Shown piece by piece: positions 31,404-41,068 of a stretch of 47,070 nt of DNA. The notes beneath the pieces are model-generated. The model did no database searches and was not told the origin of the DNA. It saw nothing but the letters and a program-made list of their open reading frames with translations. Source of the stretch: an uncultured Rhodopirellula sp. (GTDB lineage: Bacteria; Planctomycetota; Planctomycetia; Pirellulales; Pirellulaceae). The DNA is taken from positions 1 to 47,070 of the forward strand of contig CAXGAI010000036.1 in the NCBI GenBank assembly GCA_964007735.1, read 5' to 3'. Position 1 is the first letter of the stretch. Every line of letters begins with the position of its first letter. A program made the position numbers and the translations under genes.

Positions 31404-32120
31404 TTAGCGAATTAAATTACGAGGATGCAAAGCATCAATAAAAGACTCGTTACCATCATGCACAATCTCAGGTGATTTACCTTCGAGCCCTGCAAGCCAG
31501 GTTTCGGGATCTTCCCCCCAATCTTCACCGGTTAGATTACGCAAACCCTGAATACCCGCGTATTGCACAGCCGGCTGACGACTTTCTAATGCTCTTTTCA
31601 ACTCTTCAAATACATCCTGTCCCTGGAAATTCCCCAAAGCTCTCAATGCGGCTGATTGGACATCCGTATCCTCATCACTACGCACTGCTTTCAACAAAGT
31701 ATTTTTGGCCGTCTGGCTAGGCCGTGCCCCCCAAGCGTTACAGGCAACAATCCGTATATCAGGATCATTGTCTTCCATGGCGGTTGTTAAGCCCTTTTCT
31801 GATTCAACAACATAAAAATGAGATAGAGTGCGCACTAATTCCCTGCGCACGACAGGAACCTGCTCCTCTTTGATTTGAGCGGACAAGGCGATCGCATGAC
31901 GTCGCTGCTCATCTAGAGGCAATGAATCGGCATCCTCTCGCAATTGTCCCATGAATTTTTCTTTTTCGTGCCACGTAGTCATATAACGATCATCATCCCG
32001 CCATTCAGACCAGGCCCGGTCATTTACCCAATTCCAGTTCACGATAGGACGACTCTTACATCCAATCAACTGCACAAAAGTGCCGAACAGCAACACAATT
32101 AAAACACGTCTTGAACTCAT
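31404..32120 (-). CDS. HEAT-repeat lipoprotein
   Basis: Lipobox LIGC after MSSRRVLIVLLFG. HEAT-like DNDPDIRIVAC, DEDTDVQSAALRAL, QPAVQYAGIQGL. Confidence 0.75.
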   Translation of the reverse strand: MSSRRVLIVLLFGTFVQLIGCKSRPIVNWNWVNDRAWSEWRDDDRYMTTWHEKEKFMGQLREDADSLPLDEQRRHAIALSAQIKEEQVPVVRRELVRTLSHFYVVESEKGLTTAMEDNDPDIRIVACNAWGARPSQTAKNTLLKAVRSDEDTDVQSAALRALGNFQGQDVFEELKRALESRQPAVQYAGIQGLRNLTGEDWGEDPETWLAGLEGKSPEIVHDGNESFIDALHPRNLIR

Positions 32121-32259
32121 ACTGATAAATAACCCTACGTTGAACGGATGCATGCCCGTGAGGAACTACCCGACAAATGTAACAAAACTCTGAAAATCGG
32201 GTCAACCCGAACCCCTCCGGGATATTGTCTAATGTCGTCCTAGTTTTCATACTAGGCAA

Positions 32260-33492
32260 ATGACTAATTACCACTGGTTAACCTCGGAGGAAGCCCTAGA
32301 AGCCATGGCCGAAGCCTGCGCGGGAACCGAAGGCTCATCTATCTCAGCCAAAGATCTCATGAGATTACGGAAACGTTTCTCCATGGAGCAGGCACAACAA
32401 ATCGCCAGTCAATTTAAACTTCGACGACGGGCCATCACTCGATTTCCACGAGCAGCAGAAATGCTCTTTACTGAACAAAGCCTAAAGCAAACGACCGATG
32501 CAGCCATCGCTCAATTCAAAACCGAACTCATCCGTGAGTATGCCTCAGACGTACAGCACGTGACGGATTTGTGTTGTGGAATGGGGGGAGACCTACAGGC
32601 TCTTGCAAATCACTTCTCTGTGACGGGGGTTGATCTAGATCCTGAAGTATGTGCTATTGCTCAACACAATGCATCACTCAACAGTCAATCCACTGTTGAA
32701 ACCATTGTTGAAGATGCAACCCGACTGCAACTAAAGACCGATTGGGTACATATTGACCCCGATCGACGACACGATGGACGGAGGCACACCGACGTCAACG
32801 CGATACAACCGGGCATCGAAACGCTACAACGTTTAATCGATCAAGTTGGGAACACACTTCAGGGAGTCTCTATCAAGCTTGCACCAGCCAGCGTGATCCC
32901 AAAACTCTGGCATACAAAATGCCGACTTTTTTGGATTCAATCTCGCAAGGAATGTCGTCAACAACTGGCCGTATTTGCCGCTAAGAATACGAAATGGAAT
33001 CATCGTACAGCATTAGCGATCGACAAACACGGCGTCTGCAAATGGGAATACACGGCTTCCAACGCCGAACTGTTAGACAGTGGCGAGGTACCACTCAAAG
33101 GCTCGGCTGATCGTTTCCTGTATGAACCCAAACCAGCCATTCTAGCCGGCCAATTGGCTCCGTCGTGGGCTGCAATCCATCACTTGCAATACATCCATTC
33201 TGGTGTGGCGTATTTCACATCAGAGTTTTCCCGCGAAATCGCTGGCGGCACTTGTTATGAAATACTAGAGGAACTCCCTTTCGACCTTAAGCAAATAAAA
33301 CGCCACCTGAAAAAACATGATATCGGTCGGCTCGAAATCAAAAAACGAGGTATCGACTTGACTCCAGAACAGTTACGAAAAAACCTCAAGCCTAAAGGGA
33401 GGAATGGAGCTACACTCATCATCGCAGGTAACCCTCGCTCCAGAAATCCTGCCACCGCATATATTGCAAATTGCCTTACACAATTTACATAA
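32260..33492 (+). CDS. Class I SAM-dependent methyltransferase with a C-terminal THUMP-like domain
   Basis: DLCCGMGGD, IDPDRR, IKLAP, LYEPKPA, LEIKKRG. Confidence 0.8.
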   Translation: MTNYHWLTSEEALEAMAEACAGTEGSSISAKDLMRLRKRFSMEQAQQIASQFKLRRRAITRFPRAAEMLFTEQSLKQTTDAAIAQFKTELIREYASDVQHVTDLCCGMGGDLQALANHFSVTGVDLDPEVCAIAQHNASLNSQSTVETIVEDATRLQLKTDWVHIDPDRRHDGRRHTDVNAIQPGIETLQRLIDQVGNTLQGVSIKLAPASVIPKLWHTKCRLFWIQSRKECRQQLAVFAAKNTKWNHRTALAIDKHGVCKWEYTASNAELLDSGEVPLKGSADRFLYEPKPAILAGQLAPSWAAIHHLQYIHSGVAYFTSEFSREIAGGTCYEILEELPFDLKQIKRHLKKHDIGRLEIKKRGIDLTPEQLRKNLKPKGRNGATLIIAGNPRSRNPATAYIANCLTQFT

Positions 33493-33620
33493 TCTGCATA
33501 ACCCGTTTACCAACCTACTGAATCAAGACTCTCTCAACGTTCCATTACGAGCGATTTACGAGAACGGCCCCATAGAATGGTACTTTTGTCTATCATTTCT
33601 TTGCCTGTCTGGAGTCAATC

Positions 33621-34376
33621 ATGAAGTGGATTCTTAAGCGTCTCGTTTACCTAGTGATGTTTGGCGGCATCCTATTAATACCGTTGGTAATTCTAACCGG
33701 TGGGCCTGAGGACACATCCGAATCCAGCAAGGGATCAGGCTTTCTGGATTCGATCAGTAAATGGTTTGAAGAATCCGGCAATTCGATCCATTCTTTATTC
33801 CTTGACGAAGCCCATGAAGTTGCAACCATTGCAGACGCGGCGAAGACTACCCCGGACCCCGACGGCCTGTCACCTCATTTGGATGGAGGGGTCTTTTACG
33901 GTATCAACCAAATCATTAACTTTGAGACGACTCCTCAGGATATTACTAATCGTTGGGCTCGAATATCATTCCATGTCAAATACAACGGATTACACAGCTA
34001 CCGAGTTCCCGTCGTGACAGGGGAGGAAAGAGACGACTTAGCCGGTTCTTTGACTTATCTATTTAACGAACATGAAGAACTGCAACGGATCGAATTCCTA
34101 GGATACACCCAGGACGCTTCCACGCTGATCAACGTCATGAAAAAACAATTCCGCATGACTAAACGGCCCAGCGCATTGGAAGCACTCTACGTCAAAAGCC
34201 TAAACAAGCTTCCCGTCAGCGCCCTAAGAATCACTCGTGCTAAAGTTGTCAACACATCCACCACACCACCCTTATTGAAAATTCGATTCGAATTGAACAA
34301 AGTCCGCTTAGGTGCAATATTGAGCGACTCTTTTCGCCAACTGCTAGCGGCAGACAAAAGTGGCTCTGAAATCTAA
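33621..34376 (+). CDS. Membrane-anchored planctomycete protein, DUF6690-like
   Basis: N-terminal TM. YRVPVVTG...DDLAGSLTYLFN motif (family name from recall only). Confidence 0.6.
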   Translation: MKWILKRLVYLVMFGGILLIPLVILTGGPEDTSESSKGSGFLDSISKWFEESGNSIHSLFLDEAHEVATIADAAKTTPDPDGLSPHLDGGVFYGINQIINFETTPQDITNRWARISFHVKYNGLHSYRVPVVTGEERDDLAGSLTYLFNEHEELQRIEFLGYTQDASTLINVMKKQFRMTKRPSALEALYVKSLNKLPVSALRITRAKVVNTSTTPPLLKIRFELNKVRLGAILSDSFRQLLAADKSGSEI

Positions 34377-34947
34377 TCGCCTTCACTAGCCATACGCTTC
34401 TAATGACAATTCCTATTTTTCGGCGGAACCAACTCTCCTTTGCAATTTCAATTGCATTATAATTCAAAGGCAGATAGCGAGCATTTTGAGTTTATCCCTG
34501 AGACTTCTCAAACTGCCTGCAGGGCACGAGGCCCGCATAATTCAGAAACGGACGTCACACTTGACGTGATTTGACAGTTGTCGCCACCTTGTCGACAGGT
34601 TTTCCACCATCGTCCAAGCAATTTTTCTTTGGACGAATTTGCTGTATATACCGTCATTGAAGGGCTATTTTGCTCTTTGTTATTTAAACACTTTGAATCG
34701 AGTGCTAGCAGTATTACAATCGGTTCCCACTTATCAATCAGCAGGAATGCTAACTTGCCGAATTGTGAGTAACGGAAGATTGGAAAGAGCCGCTGTCGGT
34801 CTCCTGACAACACTTGAATTCACATAAGATTCGGCAATTACGCGCACATCAGCATTGCTAACGATCTCTCTAAACAAGGGAGTCATTGGCGTTAGAACCA
34901 AGAAGGTTTTAATGGAAGCTGAGTGACGTATAAAGGAATATGAAAAC

Positions 34948-36333
34948 GTGACCAAGGATGAAATGACGATTGTCTCGGCTATCAGGAGTAGATTAGCCGA
35001 TGAAATTGGGCAAGACAAATTCGACATCTGGTTCGATCAGTCTGTAACCTGGAATCTCTCGGGGACAACGCTCTGCCTATACGCTCCCAACAGTTTCAAT
35101 GCGGAGCGACTAAAGCGTGTTTATCAGTCTAAACTAAGGAACGTACTTTCTTTCCTTTCCCAAAGCCATCTTGATCTTTCATTTAAAGTGGCCACCGAAC
35201 AACCCGCGGAACCGTCGAGCCTCGAAGCGACGACTCAGTCACCTCCTTCCTTTGCTCAGGAGATTTCACTGACTCCCGCTACGCAAGTGATACCAACACA
35301 TCATCCAAATGCAGGCTTACCTAATCTGGTTGTGGGGCAATCCAACCACATTGCCGTTAGTGCAGCCAAATCGATGCTGGACCGCCCCGGCACTATTTCA
35401 CCACTATTCGTTCACGGCCCCTCAGGAAGCGGTAAGTCACATTTATTGCAGGCTATCTGGAACAAGTTTCGTAACCGAGTAAAAGCTGGACGTGCGGTTT
35501 ATCTGACAGCAGAACAATTCACGACTCACTTTTTAGAATCCCTTCAAGGTAATGGATTGCCTAGTTTTCGACGCAAACACCGGGACGTTGAAGTTCTGAT
35601 CATCGACGATATAGAATTCTTCGTGGGTAAACAAGCAACGATGATCGAATTCCATTACACCGTCGACACGCTGATTCGCAGTGGCAAACAGCTTGTCTTT
35701 TCAGCCAAGCTTTCTCCCACAGAGATTCATGGTCTCGGTACAGATCTGGTAGCTCGTATGGCTAGCGGACTGGTATGTAGAGTGGAAGCTCCGGACTTCA
35801 GCATGCGTCATGAAATCGCACACCAATACTGCCAGTATCTGGGCATTGATGTCGACTCGGCGGTCATCAATATGCTGGTCGAACGTGTTTATCCGGATGC
35901 CCGACATATTCAGGGTGCCATCAACCGAATTGCCGTTTTACAGCAACTCACTGGTAAACAACTGTCTTTTGAGGACGCCGATCTTCAACTGGCGGATTTA
36001 TTCGATCGCCCTCGACGTAACGTGCGTATTTCCGACATCGAAAATGCGGTTTGCGATGTTTTTGGTGTCGACCGTAAGCAATTAAAATCAATGGCCAAAG
36101 CTAAAAGCATCAGTCAACCACGGATGCTGGCAATGTGGCTCGCACGAAAGTACACGCGAGCGGCTTATTCCGAAATTGGAGACTACTTTGGTAAACGAGC
36201 CCACAACACCGTCATTTCGGCTCAGCAACGGGTCACAAACTGGATCGAAAACGATTCCTGGGTATCTATACCTCATGGCCAATGTCGCGTGACGGAAGCT
36301 CTGAGGCGTTGTGAAGCTCAGTTTGGCACCTAA
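34948..36333 (+). CDS. dnaA: Chromosomal replication initiator DnaA (divergent copy)
   Basis: DnaA_N (FDIWF), PLFVHGPSGSGKSHLL, LIIDDIEF, PRMLAMWLARKYT...SEIGDYFGKRAHNTV. Confidence 0.88.
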   Translation: MTKDEMTIVSAIRSRLADEIGQDKFDIWFDQSVTWNLSGTTLCLYAPNSFNAERLKRVYQSKLRNVLSFLSQSHLDLSFKVATEQPAEPSSLEATTQSPPSFAQEISLTPATQVIPTHHPNAGLPNLVVGQSNHIAVSAAKSMLDRPGTISPLFVHGPSGSGKSHLLQAIWNKFRNRVKAGRAVYLTAEQFTTHFLESLQGNGLPSFRRKHRDVEVLIIDDIEFFVGKQATMIEFHYTVDTLIRSGKQLVFSAKLSPTEIHGLGTDLVARMASGLVCRVEAPDFSMRHEIAHQYCQYLGIDVDSAVINMLVERVYPDARHIQGAINRIAVLQQLTGKQLSFEDADLQLADLFDRPRRNVRISDIENAVCDVFGVDRKQLKSMAKAKSISQPRMLAMWLARKYTRAAYSEIGDYFGKRAHNTVISAQQRVTNWIENDSWVSIPHGQCRVTEALRRCEAQFGT

Positions 36334-36483
36334 AAGGGCTCGCATAGTTTATTAGCCCCCAAGGATCGCTAAAATTGACCATCGACCGAAACAGAATCTC
36401 ATAGGGCTCAAACTACGAAACCGAATTTCGGCAAAATGCAAAACAATGTGAGGATCTCGATTTGTCGGGTACTTAAAGATGGC

Positions 36484-36526
36484 AAAAAAGAGACCTCGCA
36501 ATCGTCTCTTGCGAGGTCTCTTTGTT
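36484..36526. terminator. Bidirectional intrinsic terminator
   Basis: AAAGAGACCTCGCAA-tcgtctc-TTGCGAGGTCTCTTT between convergent genes. Confidence 0.88.
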
Positions 36527-36551
36527 TCCGTGTTTTCCAGAAGCTTCTGAC

Positions 36552-37850
36552 TTAGGCAAATTTAGTCTTACCCGGAATAGCAACTTTCGGGATCTCGACG
36601 TCACCCCACTGATAAACCGCAGGGGACATATTCTTTTCTGAATTCATCATTTGATCCCAGGTAATTGTCTGGCCCGTATAGCAAACTTCACGTCCTAGAA
36701 TGGCCATTAGAGTACTCTTGCACATGTAGTCTCCATTGTTAATTGTTTCACCACTTCGAATAGCGGCAAACAATTCTTTGTGCTCCACATCGTACATACT
36801 TGGCTTTGGCCCACGATAACGGAAGGTTTCTTCCCCCCCCACTTCGATCGAGTGACGCAGGATTTTGGCAGAGCCTTTTGTTCCCATAACGTAGTCTTCT
36901 ACGTTATTGGAACAACCTGCTTGCTGACGCGTATAAGCATAAGTTTTCACGCCATTTTCCCATTCATAACACACGGCAAAGTGATCATAACCATGTCCCC
37001 ATTGCTCGTCCACACGTTGCTGACGTCCACCAAGGCCCGTAGCTTTTAACGGCGGTACATCATCCATCAACCACATAGCTTTATCAAGACTGTGAATGTG
37101 TTGTTCCACAATATGATCTCCGGACAACCAAGTGAAATATAACCAGTTGCGAACCTGGTATTCCATTTCGCTCCACTCTGGTTTGCGTCCACGATGCCAT
37201 AAAGTCCCGGTCAGGTAGTTTTCCTGAACCGAGGTAATATCACCAATCGCTCCACTTTTAATCTGTTCCATTACTGCCCGTACACCGTAGTCATAGCGCC
37301 AGCAAAGTCCAGAAACAACGTTAAGATCCTTCTCTTTGGCGACACGAACAGCATCCATGACCTGCCGGACACCAACGGCATCAGTAGCCACAGGCTTCTC
37401 ACAAAAGACATGCTTATTCTGTTTAACTGCTTCTTCAATATGGGCAGGACGGAAGTGAGGGGGGGTACACAAAAGAACAACGTCTACATCCCCAGCCATC
37501 AGTTCTTTGTAACCGTCAAAACCTTTGTAGCTAGTCTCCTCGGTGACAGCACATTTATCACCAATCTGGCGTTCCAGAATATTTCGCGAATGCTCAAGAC
37601 GATCGCCAAACACATCTGCCATAGCGGTTAACCGAAGGTTATCCTCAGCTCGCATTGCGTTTACTGCGGCGCCTGTACCCCGGCCACCACACCCTATCAG
37701 ACCAATCTTAAGAATGTCTGAACCCTGTGCATGAACGGCATTCGCGGCTGTAAAGGTGGTAGCAACGGTACCACCTACAGCAGCAGACGTTTTTAGAAAA
37801 TCACGGCGACTTTTATCTGTTTTACGAGTGGCGTCTTGGGACGACATCAT
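36552..37850 (-). CDS. Tat-exported Gfo/Idh/MocA oxidoreductase
   Basis: SRRDFLK Tat motif, GLIGCGGRG, CTPPHFR, FCEKP, GDHIVEQHIH. AAGGAG RBS. Confidence 0.92.
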   Translation of the reverse strand: MMSSQDATRKTDKSRRDFLKTSAAVGGTVATTFTAANAVHAQGSDILKIGLIGCGGRGTGAAVNAMRAEDNLRLTAMADVFGDRLEHSRNILERQIGDKCAVTEETSYKGFDGYKELMAGDVDVVLLCTPPHFRPAHIEEAVKQNKHVFCEKPVATDAVGVRQVMDAVRVAKEKDLNVVSGLCWRYDYGVRAVMEQIKSGAIGDITSVQENYLTGTLWHRGRKPEWSEMEYQVRNWLYFTWLSGDHIVEQHIHSLDKAMWLMDDVPPLKATGLGGRQQRVDEQWGHGYDHFAVCYEWENGVKTYAYTRQQAGCSNNVEDYVMGTKGSAKILRHSIEVGGEETFRYRGPKPSMYDVEHKELFAAIRSGETINNGDYMCKSTLMAILGREVCYTGQTITWDQMMNSEKNMSPAVYQWGDVEIPKVAIPGKTKFA

Positions 37851-37952
37851 GCTCTCCTTTTGAATCCGACAGCTCTCATTAGCTGACATATTTGTAATGC
37901 TTTATCTTAAATATCTAGCCTGTGAGATACAAGCAATCCTCTTAGAACTCAC

Positions 37953-39152
37953 TCACTTAAGCTGCTTCATATAATTGAGGAATTCATTTTCCAGCTGCGT
38001 TAACCCGCCACCAAAAACGGAAATAAACATCGACAATCGTCGGTCTTCCGAAACTTCACTTAAAGGAACATGAAGTCGTTGCAGCTTTACAAAACTGCGA
38101 TATTCTTCTGGCCGTGTTTTTTGCAGAAAGTAATTTAGTGCCCAGGATTGAGCATACGCAGCACGTACCGTTTCACTCGAACGAAAAACTTCATCCGAGC
38201 CAAGTAGAGCTTTGAGCTCCAGCAGTTGACCGTTTTGCACCAAATATCGAAAGTACTTTAAGTTGTACTGATTGACTCTTCCTACCGCAGTCCAGCCAGT
38301 AGCATGACTCAAATCCGGAGTTTCAAAATAGATTGCCATGCCTTCACTTAGCCATAACGGCGTATACGACAATCGTCTTATCATACCCGAATTAAAACAT
38401 AGTTGATGGGTTCCTTCATGGACAATCGTGGCAACATTGCGTTCGGCCGTTGGATGATTCAGAACTCTGCTGATCTGTTGAGCGGGGCTACCGGGTCGAC
38501 TCCCCTGAATAACCATCTTCTCCTGACGTTCTGTTAACCGCGATAAATCATAAAGATTTATGCGGTTTGACTCTTGGCTGTAATATCCGGGTATATATTC
38601 AGAAGATGCGCCAAGATCACCTTCAACATATTTCTTAAACGAAACCTGATTCTTGTGCACAACCACCACCAAAGGTTTAGTAACGGCCTGTAAATCTCCA
38701 CGGCGTTTTCCCCAATAGGCATAATAAGCGCGATGCAGACGTTCCAGCAATGCTCCTACCCATTTGGCATATTCCGGAACTGTATTGAAACAAATGATGT
38801 AATGCGCCGTTTGATGAATATTGAATTCACTACCAAATTCGATACGCAAGGACTCTACCACTTTATCGCGAGAAGCGAACTCCAACCCGGATTTGTCACT
38901 TTCGTGCCGCAAGACGTCCGAACGTGAAATCTTTTGAAGTCTACTGTCCTCGTGTAGCAAGAGCAGGGCATTAGGATCTCCGGACGTAACCAGACGCCCA
39001 CGAAAAGTCACCGTCTCCCCCTGCACATCCACCTCTAGACGATCAATGCCACACGCATCAGGAAGCTCAAAGAACGTCTCAATGGCTAGAAGACACAGCA
39101 TACAGCCGCTGACAACGTAAAACCGCTGAATATTTCGACCAAGCAAGTTCAC
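37953..39152 (-). CDS. DUF1570 domain protein (zincin-like HExxH)
   Basis: GYYS, TIVHEGTHQL, PLWLSEGMA.YFE, YAQSWAL. Confidence 0.85.
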   Translation of the reverse strand: MNLLGRNIQRFYVVSGCMLCLLAIETFFELPDACGIDRLEVDVQGETVTFRGRLVTSGDPNALLLLHEDSRLQKISRSDVLRHESDKSGLEFASRDKVVESLRIEFGSEFNIHQTAHYIICFNTVPEYAKWVGALLERLHRAYYAYWGKRRGDLQAVTKPLVVVVHKNQVSFKKYVEGDLGASSEYIPGYYSQESNRINLYDLSRLTERQEKMVIQGSRPGSPAQQISRVLNHPTAERNVATIVHEGTHQLCFNSGMIRRLSYTPLWLSEGMAIYFETPDLSHATGWTAVGRVNQYNLKYFRYLVQNGQLLELKALLGSDEVFRSSETVRAAYAQSWALNYFLQKTRPEEYRSFVKLQRLHVPLSEVSEDRRLSMFISVFGGGLTQLENEFLNYMKQLK

Positions 39153-39166
39153 GTTCCCTGACTGCT

Positions 39167-40108
39167 TTACCTTACAGATACATCCTTGGTAGACGGAACT
39201 GATTTTAAGAGTTGTTCCGTCATGCGAGACAGATAATGAATCATACTGGCAGCACCATTAAAACCAACCACGCGTTCATCCAGTTCCATACGAGAGGAAT
39301 AGATGCGTCCTTTTGCCAAGTCAAATTGGAATTCTCCATGCTGCATACGCTGCATCAGTTGACTCTTCACTTTGGCATCGTGTACCGGAGTGATCACCTG
39401 AGTTCTCACGGTAATGGTTGCCAACCCATTGGATACTTTGCTGAGCGTGTATAATTTCCTTAACTTGATTGGCTTTACTCGACCATCTTTAGTGCGAATC
39501 CGAACTTCCTGTGGTGTATACCACTTTTGGCCAATCGCAATGGGGTAGTCCGGCAAACGCGGCATCAGCACGCCGATACCAGGATTAAATTGAGTAACTT
39601 CATCTTTCCGAGAGACAATCGCTCCGCTTGAACTAACCGTAATGACAGCCAGTGGCTTTCCAATCGATGCTGCAATTCGCTCATAGCTCTCCGGAACAAC
39701 CTCATCTTTCCTGCTGTTGTAACGCACCTCGTCCTGCCCTGTAACTTTTTGCCACAATTCGGCATCTTCAACACGGTGTATCAGTGTGATATTACCTTCA
39801 CTATCAACCTCTTCAACTTGAAATACCCGAGTAGAAACACTGCGGGATTTCAAGTTCTCAAACTCACCATCAATTTTGGTGTCCATGGATACCAAATGCA
39901 CAACACGTGAACGAATCAGTTCCCCTTCTTTCAAACGGTACTGCAGCTCATACTTTTTTACGACCTGAGAGTCTTTGGTCACTTTCAGTGCAGCTTCGTT
40001 GAGCTGTTTCTCAAGATCAATTTCCTGAGCACATACGATCTGAGAGATGTGCCCCAGTATCAAAATAGAAAATACAACCGTCCAAAAACAGGATTTTGCC
40101 AACCTCAT
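39167..40108 (-). CDS. Secreted hypothetical protein
   Basis: 313 aa, signal peptide, beta-rich, GGAGG RBS. Confidence 0.75.
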   Translation of the reverse strand: MRLAKSCFWTVVFSILILGHISQIVCAQEIDLEKQLNEAALKVTKDSQVVKKYELQYRLKEGELIRSRVVHLVSMDTKIDGEFENLKSRSVSTRVFQVEEVDSEGNITLIHRVEDAELWQKVTGQDEVRYNSRKDEVVPESYERIAASIGKPLAVITVSSSGAIVSRKDEVTQFNPGIGVLMPRLPDYPIAIGQKWYTPQEVRIRTKDGRVKPIKLRKLYTLSKVSNGLATITVRTQVITPVHDAKVKSQLMQRMQHGEFQFDLAKGRIYSSRMELDERVVGFNGAASMIHYLSRMTEQLLKSVPSTKDVSVR

Positions 40109-40174
40109 TGTATGCCTCCCTGCACACTTCTCAATTACGTGTGTTCACCCGAATCCATTCGAGAGGCCTTATTG

Positions 40175-41029
40175 TTATTTTTTATGGCGAATACGGCCAC
40201 CCCAATCTAGCTTCTCACGCAAACTTCGATAATCATTTTGCCCATCAACTTCGATCATCAAAAACGGTCTTTCCGCCTTTTCCACTCGAATAACATCCTG
40301 CTGAGTTACGTTAGCAATAACCCTTCCATCCACAGCGACCGCCGTTTCTGCAGTGGTCTCTCGCAATGTCATCTCATAGATCCGACTTGATGAATCCACC
40401 ACCGGCCGCACGGTGAGGGTATGAGGGCTAATCGCTGAAATTACAAATGCATCGAGCGTCTTACGGAGAATCGGTCCGCCAGCTGAAAGGCTATGGGCGG
40501 TCGAGCCTGCAGGCGTAGATATTATCAAGCCGTCGCAACTAAACGTTGTCGCCAGGTCACCATCCACATGCAGATCTATATCAAGAATTGAGAAGGGAGC
40601 CCCGCGTAACAATGCCGCTTCATTAAGACCTATCGCGGATGCAACCTTTTGTCCCTCCCGAAGCACTGTACACTGAAGCATCAAGTGCTCCACAATCCGA
40701 CAGTTGCCCGCAACAACATCACCAAAAGCCTGTTCCACCTCGCTTGGCGAAACCGAGGCCAAAAATCCAAGACGCCCAAGATTAACCCCAACCGCAGGAA
40801 TTCCTAAAGTACTTAGTTCCCGCGAAGCTCTCAAAATCGATCCATCGCCCCCAAGAACAATCGCCAAATCCGCCAGAGACGCATCATCGACCACCTCAAA
40901 GAAATCAGCGATATGCTGACGAACCTGTGTTTCCGCTTCACGACTTCCAGCATTGGAGGCGCCTCCACAAACGAAGACACGTGGCTTACGGTCAGACGGA
41001 ACCCAACTTGCTACGATAGGAAATGCCAT
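40175..41029 (-). CDS. nadK: NAD(+) kinase
   Basis: LGGDGSIL, GVNLGRLGFL, LNE, DGLIISTPAGSTAHSLSAGGP. Confidence 0.95.
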   Translation of the reverse strand: MAFPIVASWVPSDRKPRVFVCGGASNAGSREAETQVRQHIADFFEVVDDASLADLAIVLGGDGSILRASRELSTLGIPAVGVNLGRLGFLASVSPSEVEQAFGDVVAGNCRIVEHLMLQCTVLREGQKVASAIGLNEAALLRGAPFSILDIDLHVDGDLATTFSCDGLIISTPAGSTAHSLSAGGPILRKTLDAFVISAISPHTLTVRPVVDSSSRIYEMTLRETTAETAVAVDGRVIANVTQQDVIRVEKAERPFLMIEVDGQNDYRSLREKLDWGGRIRHKK

Positions 41030-41068
41030 GTTCTGATACTATCTAACTCACTCGAGAATAATAAGAGG

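Noticed and set aside
34508..35027. Short ORFs upstream of and antisense to dnaA
   Set aside because: Mutually overlapping, no motifs; likely chance ORFs.
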